The position numbers and the translations under genes were made by a program. This document shows, one piece after another, positions 36,649 through 45,384 of a stretch of DNA of 64,000 nt. The notes beneath the pieces were generated by a model. The model saw nothing but the letters and a program-made list of their open reading frames with translations, ran no database searches and had not been told where the DNA came from. The stretch spans positions 1 to 64,000 of the IMG/VR virus record IMGVR_UViG_3300042566_001780; one strand, 5' to 3'. Numbering within the stretch: the first letter of the stretch is position 1; each line of letters starts with the position of its first letter.

Positions 36649-37281
36649 ATGAAAGAAGTCTTAAAAACAATCGTATCTGGCGATGTTCAAATTTACGAAG
36701 ATGGTAAATTAATTCGCGAAAAGAAAAATGCAATCCACCCAGCAAATATGGCTATTGCTATTGCGCGGGGTTTATCGAATACAAACAATCATCAAGTATT
36801 CAAAATCAAGTTAGGCAACCAAGGTACGTATGTTGATTCATCTCAACAGATTATCTTCCGCCCAGCAAATACAACTGGAGCCACTGCAGATCTTTATAAC
36901 CCAACTTACGTGGAGGTTGTGGATGATGGTGATTCTGCTGTTGGCGTTGGTAATAGTGTAACTTACACGACTATTCCTGCATCTACATCTACACGTGTTA
37001 TCGTCACTTGTGTTATTTCTTCAAATGAAGCAGTAAATCGTACTACTGATGGTGCAGATTCTTCTACTGGCGATGGTCTTGATGGCGTAGATAATACTCC
37101 TGTTGAAGGTCAATTCTTCTTTGACGAACTTGGCTTATTCACAAGTGGCGGCACGGGAACCCCATCGTTATTAAATGAAGATGAAGAATTAATGCTGTCG
37201 CATCTAATCTTCTCCCCAATTGAGCATACAGGTAATCGCGAAATCACTATTATCTATTCGTTAACTATCACAGTAACGTAA
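36649..37281 (+). CDS. Virion structural protein (210 aa)
   Basis: KKNAIHP..., FFFDELGLF, MLSHLIFSPIEHT...ITIIYSL resemble tail/baseplate collar proteins. Confidence 0.6.
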   Translation: MKEVLKTIVSGDVQIYEDGKLIREKKNAIHPANMAIAIARGLSNTNNHQVFKIKLGNQGTYVDSSQQIIFRPANTTGATADLYNPTYVEVVDDGDSAVGVGNSVTYTTIPASTSTRVIVTCVISSNEAVNRTTDGADSSTGDGLDGVDNTPVEGQFFFDELGLFTSGGTGTPSLLNEDEELMLSHLIFSPIEHTGNREITIIYSLTITVT

Positions 37282-37682
37282 TGTTTTCATTCTTAGCATC
37301 TAAACTAAAGCTCACATTAGTGGTTGCTGCAATAGCTTTTGCTATTGCAGCATTTCTGTATGTGCAAAGTTTAATTGGCAAAAATGAAGATGCATTAACA
37401 ACCATCCAAAATTTGCAAGCTGAGTTAGTTCTTCTGCAGGAAGCTAATGTAAAAAATCTAACAACTATTAATAACTTACAAGAAGAAAAACGCCTGATTG
37501 AACAGGCTAATTTAAATTTGCAAAATTTGAATAAGCTTGATAGAAAAACAATATCGTCTCTTCAAAAGAAGTTAAAAAGCTTTGAAAAAGATCCTGCGAA
37601 TACGGTGCCATTAAGCCCAGTGTTAAAGGACACGGTGGATACCATACAGAATGAGCGATTAAAGCGGAGCAAAACAAAATGA
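37281..37682 (+). CDS. Inner-membrane spanin (Rz-like)
   Basis: N-terminal transmembrane helix plus coiled coil; coupled to the downstream lipoprotein. Confidence 0.75.
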   Translation: MFSFLASKLKLTLVVAAIAFAIAAFLYVQSLIGKNEDALTTIQNLQAELVLLQEANVKNLTTINNLQEEKRLIEQANLNLQNLNKLDRKTISSLQKKLKSFEKDPANTVPLSPVLKDTVDTIQNERLKRSKTK

Positions 37683-37945
37683 AATTGATAAGCATTTTAT
37701 TTGCAACAATTTTTTTATCTGGCTGTTGGTCTACTTCACCAAAGATCATAGTTGAAAAAGAATACATCGTCAGAATAGCACCACAGAATTTAAAGACTCT
37801 TCCAGAATATCCAGCAAAATTGGATACTAATGCAAATCAAATTGATTTGGCAAACTGGATTTTATTGTCTGAAGAGCGACAGTGGCAGTTGGAAAATATG
37901 ATTTCTGAGCTTATTAAGTTTTACGAAGCTCCAGTTAAGAAATAA
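37679..37945 (+). CDS. Outer-membrane lipoprotein spanin (Rz1-like)
   Basis: Signal peptide with lipobox LSGC; ATGA overlap with the i-spanin. Confidence 0.78.
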   Translation: MKLISILFATIFLSGCWSTSPKIIVEKEYIVRIAPQNLKTLPEYPAKLDTNANQIDLANWILLSEERQWQLENMISELIKFYEAPVKK

Positions 37946-39555
37946 TGGCTTGCTGTAAAGATACACCCTTTCCCAAAATAAGTTCTTCTTCTGGTGATGC
38001 GAATGGGCCAGAGAGTGACATACGGCCTGGAGAATCAGCTGAATGCTATATGAATCGCGCTGGGAATACCACCGGGTTGCAGGATGATGCTACTGAAGAT
38101 GTTGAGAACAAAATAGCAAATACAGCTATTCCAATTTCTCAAAATCCAGTGAGATTTGAAAATATTCAATTCAAGTTAACTCCAAATAGCACTAGAAAAG
38201 CACTTGAGTGGAGATGGTCGAATAATGGTGGGGAAATACTCTCGTCGTTGGGAGTTACATTAAGTCCATCTGGTGTGCTGAATGGAAACATATCACCATC
38301 TGCATTAGGTAAAAAATTCAACGTTATAGTAACTGTTCTGGATGGTTCTGGTGTAGTTGACAGCCGAGGATTTGCATTTTCGCCAGCAGTGGCAAAAGAA
38401 GGTGAAATACGGTTAATAAGCCCATTACCGGGTGCAATTGTCAATTCAAAATATGGTCCTCGGTTGCACCCTATTAAAAAGGTGATGAAGCCTCATACCG
38501 GGATCGATATGAAGTACGCTGATCGCTCGGTCAAAAATGTAGTTGCTGCAGCTGATGGGGAAGTTATTCAGGCTGGTGGGGATGCAGCTCGGGGTTATGG
38601 TCTTAAGGTATGGGTAAAGCATTCTGCAAATGGTAAACATCTCTGTACCACCACATATAACCACTTAGCAAAAATCTATGTATCTGTCGGTCAAAAGGTT
38701 ATGGCAGGTCAAGCCATAGGGCTAGAAGGAACTACAGGTTCCTCAACTGGTAATCATTTACATTTTGAAGTGCGTTTGCCAAATGGTACTTTCACCGATC
38801 CAGAGCCGCTTATAAATGGTAAGTTGTCAGTAGCAACATCTACTGATACTTCCGGAAATGCAGTAAATCCAACTGAAAGAACAAGCTCTGCATCATTAAC
38901 ACCTGAAGATGCAGAAGCAAAACAGTCTTCATGCGCTGCATATGGACCAACTTATCCAGCAGATCCAAATACTACAGATGATGAAATACCGCCAAATTTA
39001 AACCCTTTTGAGCTAGCATGGTATTTCACTATGACCCATGAGGTAGGACCATTTTGGACAACCAGTCTAGAAAATGATCCAGACGTAATAGCGGGAAACA
39101 TAGCTACACCAGAGCAACGTAAAAAATGTGGATACGTAAACACACCTAATTTTCCAGGTGGCGAAACGAAATTTGGTATTGCTCAAAAACCAAATCCGCA
39201 ACTAGTCGTTAAAACCATCACCTATGCAGCAGCAAAAAAGACTGGCTACAATAATTATTGGGCTGGCGGAATAATAAAAAGCACACAGCACCCGCCATAC
39301 GTGGGCATAATGTTATTTGACTTGAATTATTTGCATGGTATGGGTAACGCAAGAAAAATATGGAATGATGCCTTAGCTAAAGGTATGAGCCCAACAGGTG
39401 ATAAAGCAGCGCAGATAAAAGCATGTGAAATTTTAACAGCTGCAAGAATAGCATTCATCAATAATATCGGGAATCCAGCCTATACTAGAGGCTGGTTAAA
39501 ACGCGCTAATGATTGCTTAGGTTATGTTAAGAACCTTCCCAATAATCTTATTTGA
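37945..39555 (+). CDS. Modular peptidoglycan hydrolase: Ig-like + M23 peptidase + GH108-like muramidase
   Basis: M23 HTGID and HLHFE; GYVNTPNFPGGETKFGI and RGWLKR of GH108/PG_binding_3. Confidence 0.8.
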   Translation: MACCKDTPFPKISSSSGDANGPESDIRPGESAECYMNRAGNTTGLQDDATEDVENKIANTAIPISQNPVRFENIQFKLTPNSTRKALEWRWSNNGGEILSSLGVTLSPSGVLNGNISPSALGKKFNVIVTVLDGSGVVDSRGFAFSPAVAKEGEIRLISPLPGAIVNSKYGPRLHPIKKVMKPHTGIDMKYADRSVKNVVAAADGEVIQAGGDAARGYGLKVWVKHSANGKHLCTTTYNHLAKIYVSVGQKVMAGQAIGLEGTTGSSTGNHLHFEVRLPNGTFTDPEPLINGKLSVATSTDTSGNAVNPTERTSSASLTPEDAEAKQSSCAAYGPTYPADPNTTDDEIPPNLNPFELAWYFTMTHEVGPFWTTSLENDPDVIAGNIATPEQRKKCGYVNTPNFPGGETKFGIAQKPNPQLVVKTITYAAAKKTGYNNYWAGGIIKSTQHPPYVGIMLFDLNYLHGMGNARKIWNDALAKGMSPTGDKAAQIKACEILTAARIAFINNIGNPAYTRGWLKRANDCLGYVKNLPNNLI

Positions 39556-39564
39556 GAATTTTGA

Positions 39565-39861
39565 ATGTCAAACACGGTTCGAATAGGTGATAGCGTATCT
39601 TGCGGAGACCATGCAGCAGAGGGATCTTCAAATGTTTTTGCAAATGGTCTTCCGATAACACATGCCGGTAAGAAGAAGACTACCGGTCATGGCTGTTTTC
39701 CGCCCACAGTTTTTTCTGGCGGGTGGTCTAGTACAGTTTTTGTGAATAATCAGGTCGTGGCTTTAAAGGGAAAAACTGCTATTACTCCGCATCGTTGTGG
39801 ATCTAAAGCTCATAGCGGGGTTGCAAGTAGTGCATCTCCAGATGTTCATATTGAGGTCTAA
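39565..39861 (+). CDS. PAAR-like spike tip protein (gp5.4-like)
   Basis: RIGDSVSCGDH...GSSNVFANG...GHGCFPP...VFVN...HRC...H. Confidence 0.88.
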   Translation: MSNTVRIGDSVSCGDHAAEGSSNVFANGLPITHAGKKKTTGHGCFPPTVFSGGWSSTVFVNNQVVALKGKTAITPHRCGSKAHSGVASSASPDVHIEV

Positions 39862-39866
39862 GCACT

Positions 39867-40757
39867 ATGCCGCTGAATGTGCCAAAGTCATATGAGTATA
39901 CACCGGTTTCATCTGGTGAAACAATAATTAATACTAAAGTTTCAAAGAGAGCTAGAGCCTATGCAGGTGGAACTTTCTTTAGGTCCAGAGAACGAGGTCA
40001 ACAAACTAACTCTATTAAGGTTGATCTTGATGAAAATAGAACTCAACATGTTGGTGACTTGATTGTTCATTTTGATGCAATAAGATCGAGTGAGATGTTA
40101 ATTTCATCAGATGAAATTCAATTGGAGATCTTCAGTATAAACCTCAATTGGAATCAAGAGATAGAGATTATTGGAGAAGGCTCAGCCATCAGCCGCGTGC
40201 GATTTATAGGCATTATGGGGCAAATAAGCGTTGGCGGGCTAATATCAGAACATGGCCCATTTACGATGGGATCAATAATACGATTGCCTAACATAACCTT
40301 CAAGCTAACTGGATCTTTGACTGCTGGAACAGTGACTAAGATAGTGCCTAGGGTCAAACGATACCCATTAACATGGACACCTAAGACCATTGATGTTGGT
40401 GGATTCCCAGTTACGATCTATGGATGGTCAATTGACCGCCTCAGACAAGCAGTAAATGCTGATCTAACTGGATGGATCTATATGCCCCGCAGACCTTCTG
40501 GACCTGGATTAACGGATGGGGAAGATGTGACCGACAATAAAGTAGATGCTGATCTACTTCAGACTTTTTCAACCATTGTATTGACCGGTGGTGATGGTCT
40601 TCCACTCTACCCAAGTGGATTAAGTACTGGTCCTGATAGGACCTTAATTCATCTTAACTACTCAGAAGAGGATGATGGTTCACTTGGAGTGGTGAACCAA
40701 ATATTTGAATGGAATGGAAAATCGAGTACTGATGGTTTCTGGGATGTTTACGCCTAG
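39867..40757 (+). CDS. Hypothetical, probably virion protein (296 aa)
   Basis: End of the tail operon; beta-rich. Confidence 0.6.
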   Translation: MPLNVPKSYEYTPVSSGETIINTKVSKRARAYAGGTFFRSRERGQQTNSIKVDLDENRTQHVGDLIVHFDAIRSSEMLISSDEIQLEIFSINLNWNQEIEIIGEGSAISRVRFIGIMGQISVGGLISEHGPFTMGSIIRLPNITFKLTGSLTAGTVTKIVPRVKRYPLTWTPKTIDVGGFPVTIYGWSIDRLRQAVNADLTGWIYMPRRPSGPGLTDGEDVTDNKVDADLLQTFSTIVLTGGDGLPLYPSGLSTGPDRTLIHLNYSEEDDGSLGVVNQIFEWNGKSSTDGFWDVYA

Positions 40758-40839
40758 GTGACATCAGGGGTGTTTTCTTAGAAAGCTATAATGTACTATA
40801 TCTTTCAGAACAGGGTGTCCCTGAGTGTCCCTGGTGACT

Positions 40840-41457
40840 TCAGAACCATTCTCTAAATGTACCACCAAACTGCTCAGACTTATATTCCAGCGGACTGTTG
40901 AGGGTAATACCAAAAACCAACTGCTCTAGCGAACCATACAGTACATGGCTCAATGCATATGCAAAGTTTGGCGTTGCTGGGAAAATAACCAAGGTGCCAC
41001 GAACAGGTACAAAGCTGAAATCAAAAGATGGAAATTCTAATTTTCCACCATATGTCTCAAATCTTGGATCTAATGGAACTGAGTCGTTATAGTCTTTGAG
41101 CCAAACTATTCCAACTAAATCTACACCAGATAATTTTGTCCACTTTTTTCTGCTATATTTCCAACCTGGCAAAGAAATTTGCTGTGCAGGCGATTTAGCA
41201 TTTTCCCAAAACTGCTGAAATTTTACTGATTGGGAATTAATTGACACGTTGTAATATGAATTTATTACACTCGACATGTCATCCAGCTTTCCCACTAGGT
41301 TAGCTTCAACATCCTTTGGCAGGTATCTTTCATATGCAAATGGCTCACCATTCTCCATCTTTGAAGGAGTGACCAAGGAAAAATCCTTGGTCAACTTCTC
41401 ACATTGACTTGGAGATAAAAATTCTTCAAATACGAAAAATGGGCTTTTGATTTGCAT
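40840..41457 (-). CDS. 2OG-Fe(II) oxygenase-fold protein, metal ligands apparently degenerate
   Basis: FVFEEFLSPSQCEKL, IVWLKDY...GGKLEF...PVRGTLVIFP; no HxD and no distal His/Arg. Confidence 0.6.
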   Translation of the reverse strand: MQIKSPFFVFEEFLSPSQCEKLTKDFSLVTPSKMENGEPFAYERYLPKDVEANLVGKLDDMSSVINSYYNVSINSQSVKFQQFWENAKSPAQQISLPGWKYSRKKWTKLSGVDLVGIVWLKDYNDSVPLDPRFETYGGKLEFPSFDFSFVPVRGTLVIFPATPNFAYALSHVLYGSLEQLVFGITLNSPLEYKSEQFGGTFREWF

Positions 41458-41458
41458 T

Positions 41459-42100
41459 TTAGCCTAGCATCGAGGCAATGATAGTCGGATCAATCACCAA
41501 TTTAGCAGTAGCTGCAGATTCACCGAGGACTGCGCTGATCGTCATAGTCGAATCATCACGAGCCAAAGCAACAACATTTGTCACCGTGAAATCAGATGAC
41601 GGAACCCATTGCTTAAAAGTAGCTTCGTTGATCTGATAAGACACTTTGCAAGCATGTTCAGATTCAACTGTAATAGAACGCATTTGGGGATGAATAACTG
41701 CTTTGCTACCTTTGGCACCAGCATAAACATCAATCTTGACACCATTAACGAAAGCTTCAACACCTTCCATTTTAGGTTCAATCATGTCACTTTCACCAGT
41801 TTTTTCTGGAGCGGAATTATCTGGCACAGTTTTTTCTACTGCAGAATTATTGTCGCCAGTTTTTTCTGGCGCAGTTTTTTCTGGTGCTGAATTTTCTACA
41901 TCAGTTTTTTCTGGTGCTGAATTTTCTTGCTCATCAGCCTCCTCAGATTCAACATCTGCCAGTGCGCCAAGAAAGTCAACCAACATTGACTTTGGCGTTT
42001 CAAGCACTTTAACGGTGTGACCTGCATCTTTTAGAACCTGCATTGCGTTTTTGACTGAATCGTCAGTTTCGTGCGTAATGATGAGAATAGGATGTAACAT
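41459..42100 (-). CDS. Hypothetical protein with acidic (EN)SAPEKT repeat linker
   Basis: ENSAPEKTDVENSAPEKTAPEKTGDNNSAVEKTVPDNSAPEKT. Confidence 0.75.
   Translation of the reverse strand: MLHPILIITHETDDSVKNAMQVLKDAGHTVKVLETPKSMLVDFLGALADVESEEADEQENSAPEKTDVENSAPEKTAPEKTGDNNSAVEKTVPDNSAPEKTGESDMIEPKMEGVEAFVNGVKIDVYAGAKGSKAVIHPQMRSITVESEHACKVSYQINEATFKQWVPSSDFTVTNVVALARDDSTMTISAVLGESAATAKLVIDPTIIASMLG
41790..41922 (-). repeat. Imperfect tandem repeat encoding APEKT units
   Basis: Repeated GTTTTTTCTGG(T/C)GC(T/A)GAATT on the plus strand. Confidence 0.8.
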
Positions 42101-42119
42101 TTTAACTCGCCTTCAACTA

Positions 42120-42674
42120 TTAGAATTTTGAAATTTTAAGGATCAATGATCCAGGATATTGATTAGGGATGACATCATCAGCCATCTTAATGAGAGCATG
42201 ACCTTCATTACGAGCTGAAATCATGAATGAATTTTTAGCACCAGTTGATTCAATGAATGACACTTCAAAAATTTGTTTGCCGGCATCAATAGGCATTTTT
42301 GCTAATCTCTTTGCTTCAACAATAGATTTCTCAGCATCATATTGCTTCTTCAATTCTTTACTAGAAAACACTGAATCAAAATGCTCAACTACACAAACTG
42401 GATTCTGCTTTGCTTCATGTGCAATCTTGAACTTATCAAAGCCTAATCTTTTTACAAGCTTATAGGATTTTTGATGACCTGTTTCGTTGTGCGTACAGAT
42501 AATGCTGAGCACGACATCCACAAATACTTGACTACCTTCTGGTGAGAACTCTACCATGGTGAAAGAGTCTGGAGTAATGGTGATAGTTTCATTATCTTCA
42601 TAAGATGCATCTTCTAAATCTGTTGGATTCAAATCATAGAAGTCAAATTCTGGCATTTCATCATTCATTTTCAA
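42120..42674 (-). CDS. Hypothetical protein (184 aa)
   Basis: ORF in tight operon; acidic N-terminus. Confidence 0.65.
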   Translation of the reverse strand: MKMNDEMPEFDFYDLNPTDLEDASYEDNETITITPDSFTMVEFSPEGSQVFVDVVLSIICTHNETGHQKSYKLVKRLGFDKFKIAHEAKQNPVCVVEHFDSVFSSKELKKQYDAEKSIVEAKRLAKMPIDAGKQIFEVSFIESTGAKNSFMISARNEGHALIKMADDVIPNQYPGSLILKISKF

Positions 42675-42680
42675 TCTCTT

Positions 42681-43367
42681 TCATAATTTGCTAGCATTAG
42701 ATTCCATGAATGAATCTACTCGAATAACTAAATCATAAAGTTCATCCTCAATGTCGAAGATGAATTCTTGCGGCATTCCACCAGCTCCAGCCAATAGCAC
42801 CACGCCCTGTTTGATGTCAGTATCAAACATTTCATTATGGGCAATTGCATAAAAAGCTAGTTGCAATGCATAACTTTTTATCTCTTCACGATTCTTTAGT
42901 CTATTTAGACTAGTTTTGAAATCGATTATAGAAGGAATTCCCTTGTATAATCCAGCACAATCAAATCGACCCGCTACCAGTAAGGAGTATGAATAGATTG
43001 ATTTTTCCTGACCCCAAATTGGGCTAATCAACTTTAGCTTTAATTTGAGCGAATTAAAAGCTGCCATGTCTGGCCAAGGTATAGGTTTTCCATTTACTGG
43101 AGCATCTATTTGCTCGCCTTTTAGAAATCGTTCAGCCAGCAAATGAACCATAGTCCCATGGTCTGTAGCTTTCTTGCTTACTTCAGCAGACTTTACTGGG
43201 CCTAAAGCATTTCTCCAAGACTCTAAAGAAGCCTTCTTTTCAGCTGGTTCAGTATGACCGAGCACTGTCGTAATAGATGGGAGATAACCTATAGGCGTGT
43301 TATAGAGTCGCATTCCATTTTTAGAAATGGTCTCATAATCTCCATAGTCAAAAAAGTCACAGCTCAT
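42681..43367 (-). CDS. PD-(D/E)xK exonuclease (T4-like phage exonuclease, Cas4-like fold)
   Basis: LPSITTVL, HGTMVH, GQEK, AGRFDC, IIDFKTS, LQLAFYA. Confidence 0.85.
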   Translation of the reverse strand: MSCDFFDYGDYETISKNGMRLYNTPIGYLPSITTVLGHTEPAEKKASLESWRNALGPVKSAEVSKKATDHGTMVHLLAERFLKGEQIDAPVNGKPIPWPDMAAFNSLKLKLKLISPIWGQEKSIYSYSLLVAGRFDCAGLYKGIPSIIDFKTSLNRLKNREEIKSYALQLAFYAIAHNEMFDTDIKQGVVLLAGAGGMPQEFIFDIEDELYDLVIRVDSFMESNASKL

Positions 43368-43900
43368 AAATTTTGGTTTAACCTTTTCAACTTTAAAGAA
43401 ACTGTCTTCTTTTTGGTGATCTTGGATTTAAGTGCTCTAACAAATTTATTCTTTGCTGCAGCCCGGCTTAACTTCAACCGAGTTTTTGCTGGCTTCATCG
43501 GTTTAAAGGCAGTAGAAATATTCATCACCACTTCACCTTTTCTAGGTCCTGAAGTAACACGGAACCCCCGTTTTATTTTAGATCCAACTCGCTTATATGC
43601 TCTCGTAACACCTTCATGCAATGAATCAATTTCTTCAGTAAAATCTGACAATGGTAGTTCAATTATCTTAGTTGAACCATCTGGCTTGCTGATATTGAAA
43701 ATAACAGAATCTTCAGTAGGTTCAACTAAAACGGGATTACCATCTTGATCATATAAAGATCCAATTTCACCTGATGACAAAATTGCAACTAAGTTATCCA
43801 TTTTATCATGACTTAATTGAAGATAGAAATCCCCAGAACTTAAAAGCAGTCCAGCTGGACTGTGTCCTACATTCCAATTAGACTGCTTATGTTCCATCAT
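43364..43900 (-). CDS. Hypothetical protein with highly basic C-terminal half
   Basis: Acidic N-half, LHEG, then K/R-rich RAYKRVGSKIKRGFRVTSGPRKG. Confidence 0.7.
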   Translation of the reverse strand: MMEHKQSNWNVGHSPAGLLLSSGDFYLQLSHDKMDNLVAILSSGEIGSLYDQDGNPVLVEPTEDSVIFNISKPDGSTKIIELPLSDFTEEIDSLHEGVTRAYKRVGSKIKRGFRVTSGPRKGEVVMNISTAFKPMKPAKTRLKLSRAAAKNKFVRALKSKITKKKTVSLKLKRLNQNL

Positions 43901-45384
43901 TGTTCTCTTTTCTGGGTATTGGCGTTGATCATGCTTAGCAGAATATCCATACGCTGCTCAATCATTCCGCGTGAACGCAGCGAAAGTTTCTTTTCTCTCA
44001 TTGCACGGATAAGAACAGATTTGCGGTAGTTCAGATTGTCTTCAGGAACTCCAAGAGCCATGACTAATTGAATAACCTTTTGCAAGAATTCATCATTACC
44101 CACATCAACTTCTTCATTAAGTTTAGATTCACCAACTTGCATATCAATATCTGCAGAGTGAAGGCCTAAGCGAAGCGCCAAATTATTCAATGCTGATTCA
44201 AGACCTTGGTTGGAATCAATCAATTTAGCAACACGGAACAACATTGGACTGGTAACAGATGGACCTGAGGAACTAACTAATTGCTCCGGCATACCTAAAG
44301 CAATCAGAATGGTTTCAAATTTCTTTTGCAGATAAGTACCGCGCTTTGCAGAAGTACCATCAGATTCACTGACCTTTTCAATTGCAGAAAAGCCTTTAGC
44401 TTGTGCAAGCAGCATGTAAAATTCGTCAAATGCACGACGCACTGACATGTTTTTACGAAGCATATCAGCAGAAGAACGAATAGCATCATCAACACCATCA
44501 ACATTGATGACATAACGACCAGGAATTCCAGTCATAGAGAAGAATGCAACAATCTTCTTCTCAACTGGGCGCTTCAATCTCATAGCTAACAGTGAATACT
44601 GAGAATCCATGGGAATGTTCATTCCATCACGAACGCCATCCACATCATCTTCTTCATTCAATTTTGCTTTACGCTTGCGAGAATCAAAATCAGAGGTATA
44701 TCCAACAGTAAAACCGAGCTTGTCACCACCAAGGTCTTCAGCTTTCTTTTTAGCCTTATTCTCATCTTTCATTGGACCTGCAATAGGCACATCCTTTTGG
44801 TTGTATACGTACCAACCTTCTTCAATATCCAAGTTCATCTTTTTTGACTCCTTAACGGGTGGGGGATTATCTTCAGAATCCGAAATTTCGGATTCTGTAT
44901 CATTCAATTCATCTTCATCATCTTCAATACTGTCAATATCAAAATCATCTTCAGCAGGTACATCATTATCAGATTCTGTTGATTCCGGATCTGCAGGCCA
45001 AACCACATCGACAATATCAAACGTTTCTGCAGCTTTGTTAATTGCCGATTCTAGATCATCTTCAAGACCAAGCAATTCGCTCATTTTTGCTTCAAAATCA
45101 TCTGCTTGATCTGCAGCAACATAAATTTTTACGATATCACCATTTTCGTCTTCAAGACCAAAAACAATGGTATCAACTTCGTCATTGATTTCAGCAGCTT
45201 TTTCAAGATAATCCTTGACAGCGGCACCAGTAATTTCATCTGGTTTGCTAATACCATTTCTTAAAGTTTTAAATTCTAAGTCGGTAACATCTGATGAATC
45301 TCCATTACCCGCATCTGTGGCATCAGACTTCTTTAAATCTGCTTGGATATTTGCAGTATTTTCTAATTCTTTAATTAGTTTCAT
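43897..45384 (-). CDS. Acidic multi-segment protein, probable head-internal protein (495 aa)
   Basis: MKLIKELE start; several (L/V)xE motifs; D/E-rich linker. Confidence 0.65.
   Translation of the reverse strand: MKLIKELENTANIQADLKKSDATDAGNGDSSDVTDLEFKTLRNGISKPDEITGAAVKDYLEKAAEINDEVDTIVFGLEDENGDIVKIYVAADQADDFEAKMSELLGLEDDLESAINKAAETFDIVDVVWPADPESTESDNDVPAEDDFDIDSIEDDEDELNDTESEISDSEDNPPPVKESKKMNLDIEEGWYVYNQKDVPIAGPMKDENKAKKKAEDLGGDKLGFTVGYTSDFDSRKRKAKLNEEDDVDGVRDGMNIPMDSQYSLLAMRLKRPVEKKIVAFFSMTGIPGRYVINVDGVDDAIRSSADMLRKNMSVRRAFDEFYMLLAQAKGFSAIEKVSESDGTSAKRGTYLQKKFETILIALGMPEQLVSSSGPSVTSPMLFRVAKLIDSNQGLESALNNLALRLGLHSADIDMQVGESKLNEEVDVGNDEFLQKVIQLVMALGVPEDNLNYRKSVLIRAMREKKLSLRSRGMIEQRMDILLSMINANTQKREQ

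Noticed and set aside
40760-40840. Short GTGTCCCTG repeats and TATAAT after the tail operon
   Set aside because: Only two short copies, no -35 element, and no supportable function.
42681-43367. Cas4/CRISPR system
   Set aside because: No Fe-S cysteines, no cas genes and no repeat-spacer array in the window; this is a standard phage exonuclease.
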